From assembly GCF_006345805.1 (NCBI RefSeq), contig NC_043006.1:23870001-23934000 (forward strand): a stretch of DNA of 64,000 nt, given 5' to 3'. The DNA comes from Octopus sinensis (taxonomy: Eukaryota). The notes under the pieces are model-generated. The model searched no databases. It was not told the origin of the DNA and was given only the letters and a program-made list of their open reading frames with translations. The translations under genes were made by a program, and so were the position numbers. Positions 1 to 13,545 of this stretch are shown piece by piece; the stretch's first letter is position 1, and each line of letters begins with the position of its first letter.

Positions 1-1223
1 TCACAGACGATAAATTTATCCATTGCTAATCACAATGAGATGGGTCTCAATTCCTGCTTATTAGCATTACAGAGAGGGTGAATTAATCCTTTGTATAGAT
101 GCACAATTTCCAATGGTGTAGGTGTAAATTTCCAGAGAAATGAAGAGGAATTTCATATTCACAGGCGATAAATTTATCAATGGTTGAACACAATGAGGTA
201 GGTATCAATTCTTGCTATATGATTAGGTATTTGCCACATTAATCACATTACTGCTATTTTCAAGAGACTGTAGCTATTTAACTTTTAAAGGCTGAAGGGC
301 TTTCTAGGGAGGCAAAGAACAGAAAAGGGAAGGAAAGAGAAGAAAAGAGAGAAAATAAAGGAGGAGGGAGCAAAAGGGGGGGGGGACTAAAAGAGAAGAG
401 AAAAGGAAAAAGAAAAAAAGAAAAAGAGAGAGAGAGAATAAGAAGAAGAAAAAGAAAAAAGAGAAAAGAGAAAGAAATAGGGAAAGAAGGGAAAAAAAGA
501 AAAAGAAAAAAAGAGGGTTCTAGTTATACAGAAGAATTAGTAGACGGCAAGTCTGGTTTTAATTTACAGGCATCAAGGAACTAGAGGAGAATATTATTCT
601 TTGACCAGTAAAACAGCTAATTTATTGCTGTTGAAAGCAGCTATGAATTTAAAGAGAATCTAAGGAGATAACACGGTCAGGGGTTTAGGGGTCAAAGGCT
701 AAAATCAAAAGAAAATACATTAGGAAAATCTAAGTATAATCTTATCAAAAAGTCATTAAAATTTATTTATTTAATTTATTCATTTTACTGTCTTAAGGAG
801 TTGCCGTTATTATTCATACATTGACGGACTACAGGTCAAATCTTAGAAGATCATTTACAAGGTGTTAGGGAATTGTCTATCATAATGAAGATAATCATAT
901 TATCACCGAGGGAGTAGCCTTATTTATTTAATTTTTAAATAGAATTATGGGGCTTTAGTAATTCATTTTAGTAATTCATATATATATATATATACACACT
1001 ATTGCCAGCAATGTGGGTGCCTGTGTGTGTATATTTATGTATGATGCACACACACATATATTATCATCATCGCCACCATCATCATCATTTCACAACTATT
1101 TTCCGTGCTAGCATGGGTTGGACGGTTTGACAGGAGCCACCCAGACTTTATGTCTGTTTTGGCACACACACACACACACACACACACACCTATATCATTA
1201 TCCGTATGTAATTAGATCCTTAA

Positions 1224-1443
1224 CCCTTTAGTGTTTAAACCGGCCATATCCGGCCAAAATATTCTACCTATTTTATGTTCAAACTAGTCAGATATGATCA
1301 TTCATAGCTACCTTATTGTGTCATTTTAAAAATAAACAATCACATCATTGAAATCTCAAAGGCATGAAATGATACAAGATTAATTTTACATGGTGTGAAT
1401 ACATAAACTTTACATTTGACAGAATAATCTGAATGCTAAAGGG
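1224..1443. mobile_element. piggyBac-type MITE, family 1
   Basis: TIR CCCTTTAG...CTAAAGGG with TTAA on both sides. Further copies at 31400..31620, about 42045..42255, 43271..43487, and split across about 58795..59592. Confidence 0.85.
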
Positions 1444-1626
1444 TTAAGCCTGATCCATCAATAAGTCACCCCATGCTATTACAGTACATGTAAATCCTTA
1501 CACACTGTCACATAACATATACATCTGTGTTAATTGATATCCACACACACACACCACACACACGTGTCGCATGTGTGTATATATATAATTGATGATATAT
1601 ACATGTACACAGACACACTCTCTATC

Positions 1627-1726
<100 letters not shown>

Positions 1727-1732
1727 GATAGA

Positions 1733-2090
1733 TGTGGAGGCACAATGGCTCAGTGGTTAGGGCAGCAGACTTGCGGTTGTGGGATCTTGGTTTTGATTCC
1801 CAGACCGGGTGTTGTGAGTGTTTATTGAGCGAAAACATCTAAAGCTCTGGTGGGAGGAGAGGTGATCTCTGCTGTACTCTTCCACCACAACTTTCTCTCA
1901 CTCTTTCTTCCTGTTTCTGTTGTACCTGTATTTCAAAGGGCCAGCCTTGTCACACTGAATCGCCCTGAGAACTACGTTAAGGGTACACGTGTCTGTGGAG
2001 TGCTCAGCCACTTGCACGTTAATTTCACAGACAAGCTGTTCCATTGATCAGATCAACTGGAACCTTCATGGTCATAACCGATAGAGTGCC
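1733..2090 (+). mobile_element. tRNA-derived SINE family D
   Basis: Box A TGGCTCAGTGG and box B GTTTTGATTCC. The tail (GAGAACTACGTTAA...GATCAACTGGAACC) is shared with 9310..9590. Confidence 0.7.
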
Positions 2091-2463
2091 ACTACCATAT
2101 ATAGTTACTTGACCTGCTAGAAATAGCAGCAAATTCACCCTCAAATCATACCCTACTGTTATACAAAAGGAAGGGCACATTGGACAATGAAGCTCTTAAG
2201 CACTGTCTGTAAATATATAATTGATGATGATATATACATATACACAGACACACTCTCTATCTATCTATCTATATATATATATATATAGACAGAGAGAGAG
2301 AGAGAGAGAGCGAGATAGATGTGGAGGCACAATATATATATGTGGTGTCTTAGAGCTAATCAACGGCAGCATTCATCCTATTTTCCTGGACTACCATGTT
2401 GGCTTGGTGATAACTATTAATATCCAGTACCACTGCCATAGTCTCCTTAGAGAGATTTAGAAA

Positions 2464-2465
<2 letters not shown>

Positions 2466-2521
<56 letters not shown>

Positions 2522-2554
2522 TATATGTGTGTGTGTGTGTATATATATATATAT

Positions 2555-2587
<33 letters not shown>

Positions 2588-2613
2588 ATATACACACACA
2601 TATATATATATAC

Positions 2614-2650
<37 letters not shown>

Positions 2651-2845
2651 CATTTATATACATATACACATATATACAAATATATACACACATATATACA
2701 CAAATAAATATACACACATATATACACACACAAATATATATATATATATATATATACTCATATATCTATAAACGTATATATACACACGTATATACACACA
2801 TGTATACACAAATACACACACACACACACATATATATATATACAA

Positions 2846-2882
<37 letters not shown>
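2466..2882. repeat. Compound (TA)n/(TG)n/(CA)n microsatellite
   Basis: Directly visible. Similar tracts at 1633..1725, 40111..40263, 49640..49735 and 50105..50250. Confidence 0.95.
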
Positions 2883-2883
<1 letters not shown>

Positions 2884-3794
2884 CAGTTGTTAGTTGTCAG
2901 GGTGCTCCATCTTTCAAAACTTCCATGCTTCCTGAAATTCAACAACAGTACACCTGATTCCCAACCCTACCCATTTTTTCGATTTTTTTTTTATGGCTCA
3001 ATCTCTATTCACTTCCTGTGCATTATTCTCCGTATTGTTCATCCACTTACAGTTACTTTTTCTGAGGCGTCGTAATGCCCCTGAGTACTATATATACCAA
3101 GTTCATTATTCATTATCATAGAGAGGCAAAACAAAGTGTCGGAATATCTGGGGAAACATGGGTAGAAGAGGTGCTGAATTTCACAAAACAAGCGACAAAT
3201 GAGTACAACAAATGGCAAGATGCTATCTTAGAAATGACTCACCCAACCCATGCAATCATAGAAAAACAGACATAATAATAATGGATGATGATACGTATAC
3301 TGTGTATATATACCTGAATGTTACACAAAAACCATATGTGCATGTGCGTGTGTGTGTGCAGGCATAGTTGTGTGGTAAGAACACTGCTTCTCAACTACAT
3401 GGTTCAGGGTTCAGTCTCGATGCATGGCACCTTGAGCAAGTGTCTTCTACTATAGTCTCTGGCCGACCAAGGCCTTGTGAATGGATTTGGCAGACAGAAA
3501 CTGAAAGAAGCCCATTGTGTGTGTGTGTGTGTGTTGTGTGTGTGTCACTGCTGCTTGATAACTGGTATTAGTTTGTTTACATCCCCACAACTTAACAGTC
3601 CAGCAAAAAGACTGGGATCAATTCATTTGACAAAAATCCATCAACGCAGTGCCCCAGTATGGCCAGTCTAACGAGTGAAACACAAAGGATAAAAGATGAC
3701 ACATATGCACCATATACATATATATTACACAATCACATTTGTGTTTGTGTGTGTGTATATATAAATGTGTGTGTGTATGTGTGTGTGTGTGTGT

Positions 3795-3847
<53 letters not shown>

Positions 3848-4271
3848 TAGATAGGCAGGCACAAACACATATACATACATACATCAAGACACATATGCAT
3901 ACAAAGGTTTACCTGGCTCTGCTCCGCTCTGGCCTGACAGTAAAAACCCCACTGCTGCTTCTTTACAATAAACAGCAAACTGTCTCAACTACTGTTGTTG
4001 CGAGAGAGGAGGGATGGGCAAAGTGGGAGAGGCTCTTTGTTTTCTTTTACTTTTCTGTGTCAATGTCAATGCAATGCTGGTGTATACACGCTTATGCATG
4101 TATGTTTGTGCTTGTGTACATGACTTCCTACTATTTATATGTTCCTGATATATATTTCTTCAATGTCTGTTTGCATTTCTCTTTAATAACGTTATACAAT
4201 TATAAGTACTTTCGGAACTAACTTAATACTTGTTGGCTGTCTGTTCGGGCTTTTGTTTTCATTATAGACAT

Positions 4272-4311
<40 letters not shown>

Positions 4312-4364
4312 CAAGTACATACACATACATACATACATATAAACATACACACAAACAGGGGTGG

Positions 4365-4405
<41 letters not shown>

Positions 4406-4580
4406 ACTGTTGAATATGTACATTTCTACAAACACACTGGTGTATAATAAAGAAACTGTGCAGAGAATGGATTGGACAAGACGAGACACAGCTGGTTAAC
4501 TTACATAATTACAGTGAAGTTGATTTCCTATAATATATATACACACAAACACACACATATATTTACATGCACATACATAC

Positions 4581-4625
<45 letters not shown>

Positions 4626-4914
4626 TATCATAATGATGTATTTTTGATGCCAGCTCAATAAATGTAAAGTTTAGAAAACAATATGAATGGATAAGTTATG
4701 CAGAATATACATACATATATACACATACATACATAATATATACACACATACGCACGTCAAATGATGTTAAGTAGGAAAGTGATAGTGACAATAACAAAGA
4801 AAATACTACAGCACACATCTATCACACACCACTGCCCCTTTGATCTATTACATGTACCTGTGTGTGTGTGTGTGTTGTGTGTGTGTACATCTCTTGTTTC
4901 ATGAAAAAGCTAAT

Positions 4915-5295
4915 GAAAGACAGGCAGACAGACAAACAGACAGAGATAAAGAGGTACGTGAGCAGATATAGATAAATAGACAGACAGACAGTTAGATAGA
5001 CAAACAGACAGACGGACGGACATGTAGATAGATAGACGGACGGACGGATAGATAGGTAGATAGGTAGATAGATAATAGATAAATAGATAGATAGATAGAC
5101 AGAAGGCAGGCAGGCAGATAGACAGACAGACAGGTAGATAGATAGACAGACAGACGGACAGGTAGGTAGGTGGGTAGATATATAGATAGATACATAAAGG
5201 CAGTCAAAGAGGGAGTGGGATAGAGAGAGAGGGGGAAGAAGAGAGAAATCGAGAGAAATAGAGACAAAAGGACAGGCAGGCAGGCAGGCAGACAA
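4915..5295. repeat. (GATA)n/(GACA)n/(GGCA)n tetranucleotide microsatellite
   Basis: Directly visible. Confidence 0.9.
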
Positions 5296-5341
5296 AGACA
5301 GTTATCCAAGTTGAAAGGGAGGTGGAGAGGGCTAAGTCCGC

Positions 5342-5373
<32 letters not shown>

Positions 5374-6239
5374 GAGGAAGACTTAAACAAATGAATGTAT
5401 AAGGCTGGAGGTGTAACGCATGGCAACAGGTCAGCAAAACACAACTGACAACAAGCTAGCGGTAATAACACACACACGCCCACTATGTAAAGCATAAGCA
5501 TAGTTTGATGTTAAGAAGTTCGCTGTGCAACCACAAGGTTTCAAGTTCAATCCAATTCTGCCATACATTGGACAAATGCCTTCTTATATAGCGCCAGGTC
5601 AAACAAAGCTTTTGAGAGTGGATATGGAAGACAGAAAGTGAAAGCCTGTGATTGCTTTACACATGAATAAAGACATCACCCATGGCAGTCGTATAAGAGA
5701 AGGAGCTCTCAGATACCCAGCAAAATAAGTGCTTTGCAATCAGAAGGTACATGGCTTAGTAGTTAGGATGTTGCACTCACAACCCTAAGATTAAGGTTTC
5801 AATTACTGGACCAGATGATGTGTTGTTGAGCAAAACACTTCATTTTCTGCTGCTTGTTGCTCCAGTCTATTCAGCTTTATGTGACTTCCAGGAATTACAT
5901 CAGAACTCAAACCTGCAATGGAGCAGCATGGCATTCTGTCACTTACATGATATGGCAACCAGTTGAAGCTTTGGTCATATGAGGCCTGGGGTTAAGGACA
6001 GGCCTAATAAACCAGCTGATGATGAGAAGGACCCATAAAAATAGGTGACAGCTTCTGGAAGTTCAGCAACCTATTCAACAGTGAGGGAGGGCATACAGAA
6101 AGAATGGAGGGGGGTCAGAATAAAGAGGGGGAAAGTTTAGGGAGCTATTACTTCTGTTGGCAGCAAAGGGATTCTCTCTTTCTGAGAAAAGAATAGATTG
6201 TTCAGTATGAGACGCTTTTGCACAACCATTTTGGCACCA

Positions 6240-6741
6240 CTTGTTTCTTTCCCTTGTCATCTTTTTTGTGTGGTCCAGCTTCCTTGGATTGGCCTTCCCT
6301 ACATCTTCCCTGGTCTTCCTCTTGCATTGGACCTTTCCACACAAATCTGCTGGTATTTCTTCACCCACCCATCATCCTCCTTACCCATCACATGTCTCTA
6401 CCAGAACAGTCATCACTCTTGCACACCACAGCTGGTTCTTCTTATGCTCAGTTTTGACTCTCAGTTCATCTCTGCTTTGTTGATGATGTACATTCATGTG
6501 TCAAACCCAGCAGATCATGCTCACCTTCTTCCTTTCCAACTGCTGCATGACTTCCACTTTTGGTGCCCAGGTCCTCACAGCCATGCAGCATTACAGTTTA
6601 TTCACATGATTGAACAATCTTGGGACGAGACAGTTAAGTGCATCTGTTTAGGCCAATGGTTGACAGGATATAGAACCAGTTTTGGTGACGGCCAAACACA
6701 AGCACACACACATGCAGAAATATACATATGCAATGAGAGAG

Positions 6742-6784
<43 letters not shown>

Positions 6785-6858
6785 CAGAATACAATTTATT
6801 AGTTGAATATGATTGACATAAATACTTTCAGTCTTGTTGTACACATAAAGAGAAATAG

Positions 6859-6892
<34 letters not shown>

Positions 6893-7217
6893 AGAGACAT
6901 GTAACAGTTGGAAAGGAAAAGGTGAGCACGATCTGCTGGGTTTGACCCATGAATTTACATCAACAATAAGGCAGAGATGAGCTGAGAGAAAAAATTTGAG
7001 CATAGGAAAAACCAGCTGTGGTGTACAAGTGTGATGACTGTTCTGGTAGAGACATGTGATGGGTAAGGAGGATGATGGGAGGGTGAAGAAATACCAGCAG
7101 ATTTGTGTGGAAAGGTCCAATGCAAGAGGAAGACCAGGGAAGACATGGGAAGATGTAGGGAAGGCCAATCCAAGGAAGCTGGATCACACAAAAAAGATGT
7201 CAAGGGAAAGAAACAAG
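6240..7217. repeat. Long inverted repeat of two LINE-derived 3' fragments
   Basis: 6240..6551 is the reverse complement of about 6896..7217 at high identity. The arms encode the RTE-like C-terminal motif RGRPGKTW. Confidence 0.85.
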
Positions 7218-9717
7218 ATAACACATTGGAGAGGGTTCATCCAATCTATGCAAGAATTTATATGCACACACATGGATGCAAATCTTCACAAGACACAGGT
7301 AAATTAATTAAAGGTATATATTTTTCTAACTGAAATTTTAAACAGTGTCTTTATTTGTCACACTATCTTTTGTAGGTAGAGAAAACACAAGCACAGACAT
7401 GAAAAATATGAGAGCAGAGTGTAAGCAAACAGAACATTGAAGAAGATATTGAACAATGGACCACATTTTTGGAATAGTTTTTGAGAAGATTACAGGATGT
7501 GGCTGTGTGATAAGAAGCTTGATTTCCAACCACATGGGTTCAGGTTCAGTCTCACTGTGTGGCACTTTAGGCAAGTGTCTTCTTCTATTATAGCCACAGC
7601 ACTGACCACACCATCAGTTCTGTTTCGTCCCTCATACTATTCCCCCTGTAAAGGTGTGACCTGTTTTGCGATCATACAGTCATGGTTTTGGAGTTCTTGA
7701 GACTGAACCCACATCCATGTGATTGAGAAGCAGACTTCTTACTACACATCCACACCTGCCCCTTATCTTTCTTCCATTTAAGTTCAAGAGATCAGAGCAG
7801 CTAAGCACCAGTTCCATGACTTAGGACTTAACAAACATTTATTTTTCTTTATTTATTTTTCACCTCAACATTTGGACACTTAACATTATTGTTATGGTAA
7901 GTATTCTTTGATACCTTCGATATCTTCCATGTCATCATCATCATCATCATTTAACGTCCATTTTCCATGCTGGCGTGGGTTAGACAGTTTGACTGGGAAC
8001 TGGCAACCCAGAAGGCTGCACCAGGCTCCAATCTGATTTGGCAAGATTTCCAAAGCTGGATGCCCTTCCTAATACCAACCACTCCGAGAGTGTAGTGGGT
8101 GCTTTTTACATGCCCCCGGCATGGAAGCCAGTCAGGCAGCAAGGGCCACATTTGGATGGTGCTTTTTATGTGCTACCTGCACAGGGAGCCAGTCAGGCGC
8201 CACTGGAAATGACCCACGCATGAATAGTGCTTACTGTGTGCCACCAGCACGAGAGCCAGTCAGGTGGCACTGGCATCGGCCACAACTACAATTTCCAGTT
8301 TTGATTGTGATTTTGATTTTGATTTTACTTGACTCAACAGGTCTCCTCAAGCATGGTGTGCCACCCAACGATTCAAAGGTACCTTTTCAATGGGTTGGTT
8401 AAGCAACACTGGTATAGGCTACATGTATATTTTATTTTTATTTTGTTTAGCTTTTTTTCGCTTCAGCTCAACCCCAGAGAGGATGACAATTTCCCAAGTA
8501 AGCAGATAAAGAACTAAACATAGTGGGAACATAACTGAAGCAATCTGCCAGGTAACAAAAGGTTTGCAAGGTAAGGCTAAGTCAAACCCCAACTACAGCA
8601 CAAAAATAACATACAACAGATCAAACAAGAACATAGCCTCTATGTGGTGACTTGACTTGCTTGTAATAGCAACCAAATCAAAGTGTAAATTACAGAAGGA
8701 CATATTAGAGGCCAGCGCTGCCTTAACTGGCTCCCGTGCCAGTGACACATAAAAAGCACCGTCCAATCGTGGTCGATGCCAGCCCCCTGTGCCGGTGGCA
8801 TGTAAAAAAGCACCCACTACACTCTCGGAGTGGTTGGCATTAGGAAAGGCATCCAGCTGTAGAAACACTGCCAGATCAGACTGGAGCCTGGTACAGCCTC
8901 TTGGCTTCCCAGGCTCCAGCTGAACTGTCCAACCCATGCTAGCATGGAAAACAGACATTAAACAATGATGATGATGATAAACTATGAAAAGATGGGAAGA
9001 TGAATCAGAGCAGAGATGGGTTAACCAACAACAGCAACATAGAAAACACATACATCAAGGGATTATGCTAAATCTCCTCGGGCCCTTAATCCCTCCTTAA
9101 ATACAAAGCATTCAAAACAAGACAATTAGATTAGGACAGAGACATTCTATATGACATCGCAATGTCTAGAACGGCATTGCTCCAATTTGTTCCTCAAAGT
9201 TATCTTACTCGCCCTTCACATATTCTTGCAGACTCTTTGGTTGGTGCTGATCTCCAGTCTTAATTAGCCATCTCCAAGTTTCTACCCAACTATCAGTGAA
9301 TCAAGTAACTTAGTGGTTTGGGAGCATTTGGCTCACAATCATAAGGTTGTGAGTTCAATTCCTGCCAGCGAATTGTGTCCTTGAGCATGACCTTGTTTTT
9401 CAGCTGGCAAAAATAAATTCTACCAGTAATTCAAAGAGCCAGCTTTGTCACATTCTGTGTCATACTGAAACCCCTTGAGAACTACGTTAAAGGTATGCAC
9501 ATCTGTGGAATGAAGAGTCACTTTCATGTTCACAAGCAGACTGTTCCAGTGATCAACTGGAACCCTCGTCAGCGTAACTGATGGGAGTGTCTGTTTTTGG
9601 GGGATTTTTTTTACCCAACTATCAGTCTACATATCACACAGCAACTTTTTCTCATGAGAAGAATTATACTCAGTACATGTGAATCAAACACTCAATGTTA
9701 CAACATTGACTAAGTTT

Positions 9718-10245
9718 ACCTTGTGGTACCTCTCTAAAATCAGATGAACTGACAACTTTTTTGTGCCTAATTAAGATTAGATGAACTGGGTCACAATTGG
9801 AGTACGCCCCTTGAGCTTTTTAAACTAAGCTTGACTGTGGTACATAGCAAAAACTAATTTGATATGTCCACCCTTTGGTATCTATTGACAGCAAAGAGAT
9901 CCACCCAGTGATACAAATCTAGAGCCATAAATAGAGTTACCTTGTGGTACCTACCCATAACAAGACAGACTGGATCAGCCTGTAGCACATACCTACATCT
10001 AGATGAAGAGAACCACCTGTGGTCACAGCTAGACAATTAGAGCTGCCCAGTAATACCTTCCTGAAACTAATTAGACAGAACCATCCTGTGGCACCCACCA
10101 ACAGCTGGACAATCAGAGCCAGCCACCCCAGGGCACCAGTACTGAGTTTGTTGACAAGAGGCACCTTGCAGTAGTACCTACCCCATAAATAGATGAGTAA
10201 TCCAACTCTGAGGTATCAACTAAGACCAAGTTGGGGTAGACCACA
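9718..10245. repeat. Highly degenerate tandem array, about 31-45 bp units
   Basis: A recurring CC(T)TGTGGTAC-like motif at about 9718, 9833, 9870, 9903, 9940, 9979, 10016, 10047, 10086, 10124, 10163 and 10205. Confidence 0.5.
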
Positions 10246-11803
10246 CAGTGTGTGTGTGCACATGTGCACACAGAAGCATACATCATAGTAAAAGGATCGC
10301 AATTTTGCATGGACCTTCAAAAGGTGGCCATCTCTGCTGATTAACTGTCAATGACTGGAGGGTTGTCTTGACTCTAAAATTTATACTTCTGCACTTGGGA
10401 AATTTTTCTTATTCTTTTTATTTAGAAGTATCTGGGGGTTGTTGGAGGATGTGGCGTGGACAGCATGGGTGCAGTGGGTGACAAAAGTAGTAAACTGCTG
10501 GTCTAATCCTTTGCAATGTCCAATTACCTCCCTTTACACAGAGACTTCTTAAATCCTGTCGAGATGAGGAGCAAAAACCTGAGAGAAAGGGCCAGAGCAG
10601 AACAGGTTTCTCACTGTAAAGAGCTCCATGACTACTCACCTTTTAGAAGAAAGGATGGGAGTGACCGGGTGCAGCCAGAGAGTGATGAGTAGCAGAATAG
10701 TAATGGTGAGATTATAATAAGGAAATTATCACATTATAACATCAATAATCTTATATAGATTCCCAAGGGATTTATAGACGCTGGTTGAGAATCACTGGTA
10801 TATACAAATGGAACAACATGGTACCTGCTCTGTGCATGTGTGGAACTTGATAAATAAAATTATATTGAATCTGTTTTATGCATTCAGTAATCTTTACTTT
10901 CAAGCACAATATTATTAAATATCTATTGACATCATCATCGTTTAATGTCAAGTCTTCCATGCTGCCATAGGTTGGACAATTGGCAGGAACTAAGGAGACA
11001 GAGAACTGTGCTGAGCACCAATGTCTGCTTTGGAAATTCGGTAAAATTTGAAATTCAAATTGGTGCATTGACAAAATCATTTCAAAGCCACGTGTAACCG
11101 ACACAAAAATGAGTCACCGATACGTAACTGTTATAGTTTGAGGAAGATGTAATTCACAAACAACTCAGGCGATAGTTTGCCAAGGGAAGTAACTAGGAGA
11201 GGATAACTCCATCTGTCCACATAATGAAACTTATTTCACAGACTCAGAAAACATCCTTCTGAAGAGAGACAATGAGGTGATTCACATCATCATCGTGCTT
11301 ATTTTCGATGCTGGAATGGGCTGGGATAGTTCATTTCGATCCAAGTCATTTCTCATTGGGTGCTTGTGCATGTCATACTGGCCTGGATTCTGCCAAGATC
11401 CACTGCCTTTCATCCTTTCAGGAATGATGAAATAAGGATCAGATGAACACTTGGATCAATTTAATCAACTAGCCCACTCCCTAAAATTCCAGGCCTTGTG
11501 CACATAAGGATGCTGGTTATTGCTATCATTATTATTATTGTTATATAAGGCAGCACACTGGCCGAATCGTTAGCACACAGGGTAAAATACTTAGTGGCAT
11601 TTCACCCATTTTCATGTTCTGAGTTCAAACTTCAGCATGGTCGATTTTGCCTTTTATCCTTCTGGGGTTCGATAAATTAAGTACTAGTGAAACACTGGGT
11701 TGATGTAATCAACTAGTCCCCTCCACCAAAATTTCAGGCCTTGTGCCTTTAGTAGAAAGGATTATTATTATTATTATTAATTATTATTATTATTATTATT
11801 ATT

Positions 11804-12573
11804 ATATTTTAACTCTATTTTTGACTCCAAAAAATGAACATTGGAGTTTCTGCACGCTGTACCATGAAAACCAGCAACAAGAGAGGTAAGCCCTGTTCAT
11901 TGTGCAACAACATGAGTCAAGTGAATTCTATCAGAAATCATAACAGAAATGTTATGATTTATACAGAAGGTGGAACATATAAAGATTCCCATTTGGTGTA
12001 CGCTGCAGAATGTACGAAACACAACTTGATTTATGTTGGTTGTACAACAGAACAATTAAACGAAAGGTTTAATGGGCACAGATTCGACGTCAGCCACAAT
12101 AACAGTAGTTCGACAGAACTTGCTGAACATTTTGTTTCAAATGGCTGCAAATTTGAAGAAGACTTGAAAGTGTATATTCTCAGAAAATATTCTGAATGTG
12201 CTTCATTTTCACTTCTCGGAATGTATGAGGAGAAATATGTTTGTGGGTTATTAACATCACACCCTGGAGGAATGAATAAAATGACAGGAGAATATCATCA
12301 AATTTATACAAAATTGTTTGATTAAATATTCTTCATTTCCTTTTTCTTTCCTCTTTTTTTTGTCTTTTTCTTTTCACCTGTTATAAAATTGAACATTAAA
12401 GACTGATGATATCATTCCATCAACGTGTGGACGCTTATTGCTCTCATTCATACTTTGAATTTAAATTTCTATAATTTTGAATTTTCATCACTTCTTATTT
12501 TGAACTTACTGTTGAAATAACGTTCAACCAATAAAATATCTATTGCAATCAAATCGCACTCTTCGTCTCGACT
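11804..12573 (+). mobile_element. Penelope-like element fragment or mini-element inserted in an (ATT)n microsatellite
   Basis: GIY-YIG ORF plus a T-rich 3' region, CTGATGA at 12403 and AATAAA at 12530. Bounded on both sides by (ATT)n. Confidence 0.75.
11834..12325 (+). CDS. Penelope-like-element GIY-YIG endonuclease ORF (163 aa), no RT attached
   Basis: LVY...YVG core, then R(F)xxH, a catalytic-type E (YEEKY) and a C-terminal LxTxxPxGMN. An upstream C...CxxC knuckle is typical of the PLE linker. No stops or frameshifts. Confidence 0.85.
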   Translation: MNIGVSARCTMKTSNKRGKPCSLCNNMSQVNSIRNHNRNVMIYTEGGTYKDSHLVYAAECTKHNLIYVGCTTEQLNERFNGHRFDVSHNNSSSTELAEHFVSNGCKFEEDLKVYILRKYSECASFSLLGMYEEKYVCGLLTSHPGGMNKMTGEYHQIYTKLFD

Positions 12574-13146
12574 ATTATTATTATTATCATTATTATTATT
12601 ATTATCATCAACATCATCATCATCATATTAAAGCAGTGAGCTGGCAGAATCATTAGCACATTGGACTAAGTCCTTAGTTGTGTTTTTCTACCTCTTTACA
12701 TTCTAATTTCAAATTCTGCTGAGGTCAACTTTCCTTTTTATTCTTCCAGGGTTGAAAGTACAAGTAAAGAATTAGGGTCAATGTAATTAACTAGCTTTCT
12801 GGCCATATATCAAAACTTGGAATCATTATTATTACTATTAAAGATAGAGAGGAAGAACAAGACGTGGAGAGAGGGAGAGATGTATTTTGTGATACAAAAA
12901 CAAAAATGTGCTTATTCCACTCTTAGGGGTAAAATCCAATATATGTTTGTTTTATGTGTAGGAGTGGTTATAAGGTGCAGGAGTGGCTATGTGGTAAGAA
13001 GCTTGCTTCCTAACCACATGGTTCTGGGTTCAGTCCCATTGCATGGTACCTTGGGCAAGTGTCTTCTACTCTAGCATCGGGCCTTGTGAGTGGATTTGGT
13101 AGATGGAAACTGAAAGAAGTCTGTCGCATATATATGTATATATAAA

Positions 13147-13545
13147 GGTGCAGGAGTGGCTATGTGGTAAGTAGCTTGCTTACCGACCACATGGTTCTGG
13201 ATTCAGTCCCACTGCGTGGCACCTTGGGCAAGTGTCTTCTACTATAGCCTCAGGCTGACCAAAGCCTTGTGAGTGGATTTGGTAGACGGAAACTGAAAGA
13301 AGCCGGTCATATATATGTATATATATGTATGTGTGTGTATGTGTTTGTGTGTCTGTGTTTGTCCCTCCAACATCGCTTGACAACTGATGCTGGTGTGTTT
13401 ACGTCCCTGTAACTTAGCGGTTCGGCAAAAGAGACTGATAGAATAAGTACTAGGCTTACAAAGAATAAGTCCTGGGGTCGATTTGCTCGACTAAAGGTGG
13501 TGCTCCAGCATGGCCACAGTCAAATGACTGAAAAGAGTAAAAGAG
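13147..13545 (+). mobile_element. tRNA-derived SINE family A, representative full copy
   Basis: Head GGTGCAGGAGTGGCTATGTGGTAAG...GGATTCAGTCCCA, internal (TA/TG)n, tail ...GCTCCAGCATGGCCACAGTCAAATGACTGAAA. Many copies, for example 20146..20530+, 46746..47122+, 54464..54870+, 62406..62745+, 49020..49365-, 27030..27445-. Confidence 0.85.

Noticed and set aside
5413-5427. X-box-like GTAACGCATGGCAAC
   Set aside because: Only one good half-site and no associated exon or TSS evidence.
8467-8570. Possible plus-strand micro-exon (ttcgcttcag| ... |gtaagc)
   Set aside because: Isolated, with no partner exons or coding signal; such motifs arise by chance in AT-rich introns.
9718-10245. CRISPR-like repeat-spacer interpretation
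   Set aside because: The motifs are short and degenerate, spacing is irregular, the context is a eukaryotic intron and there are no cas genes.
12403-12517. Complete hammerhead in the 3' UTR of the GIY-YIG element
   Set aside because: CTGATGA and the next GAAA are about 105 nt apart without a clear stem II, so it is not called as a ribozyme.
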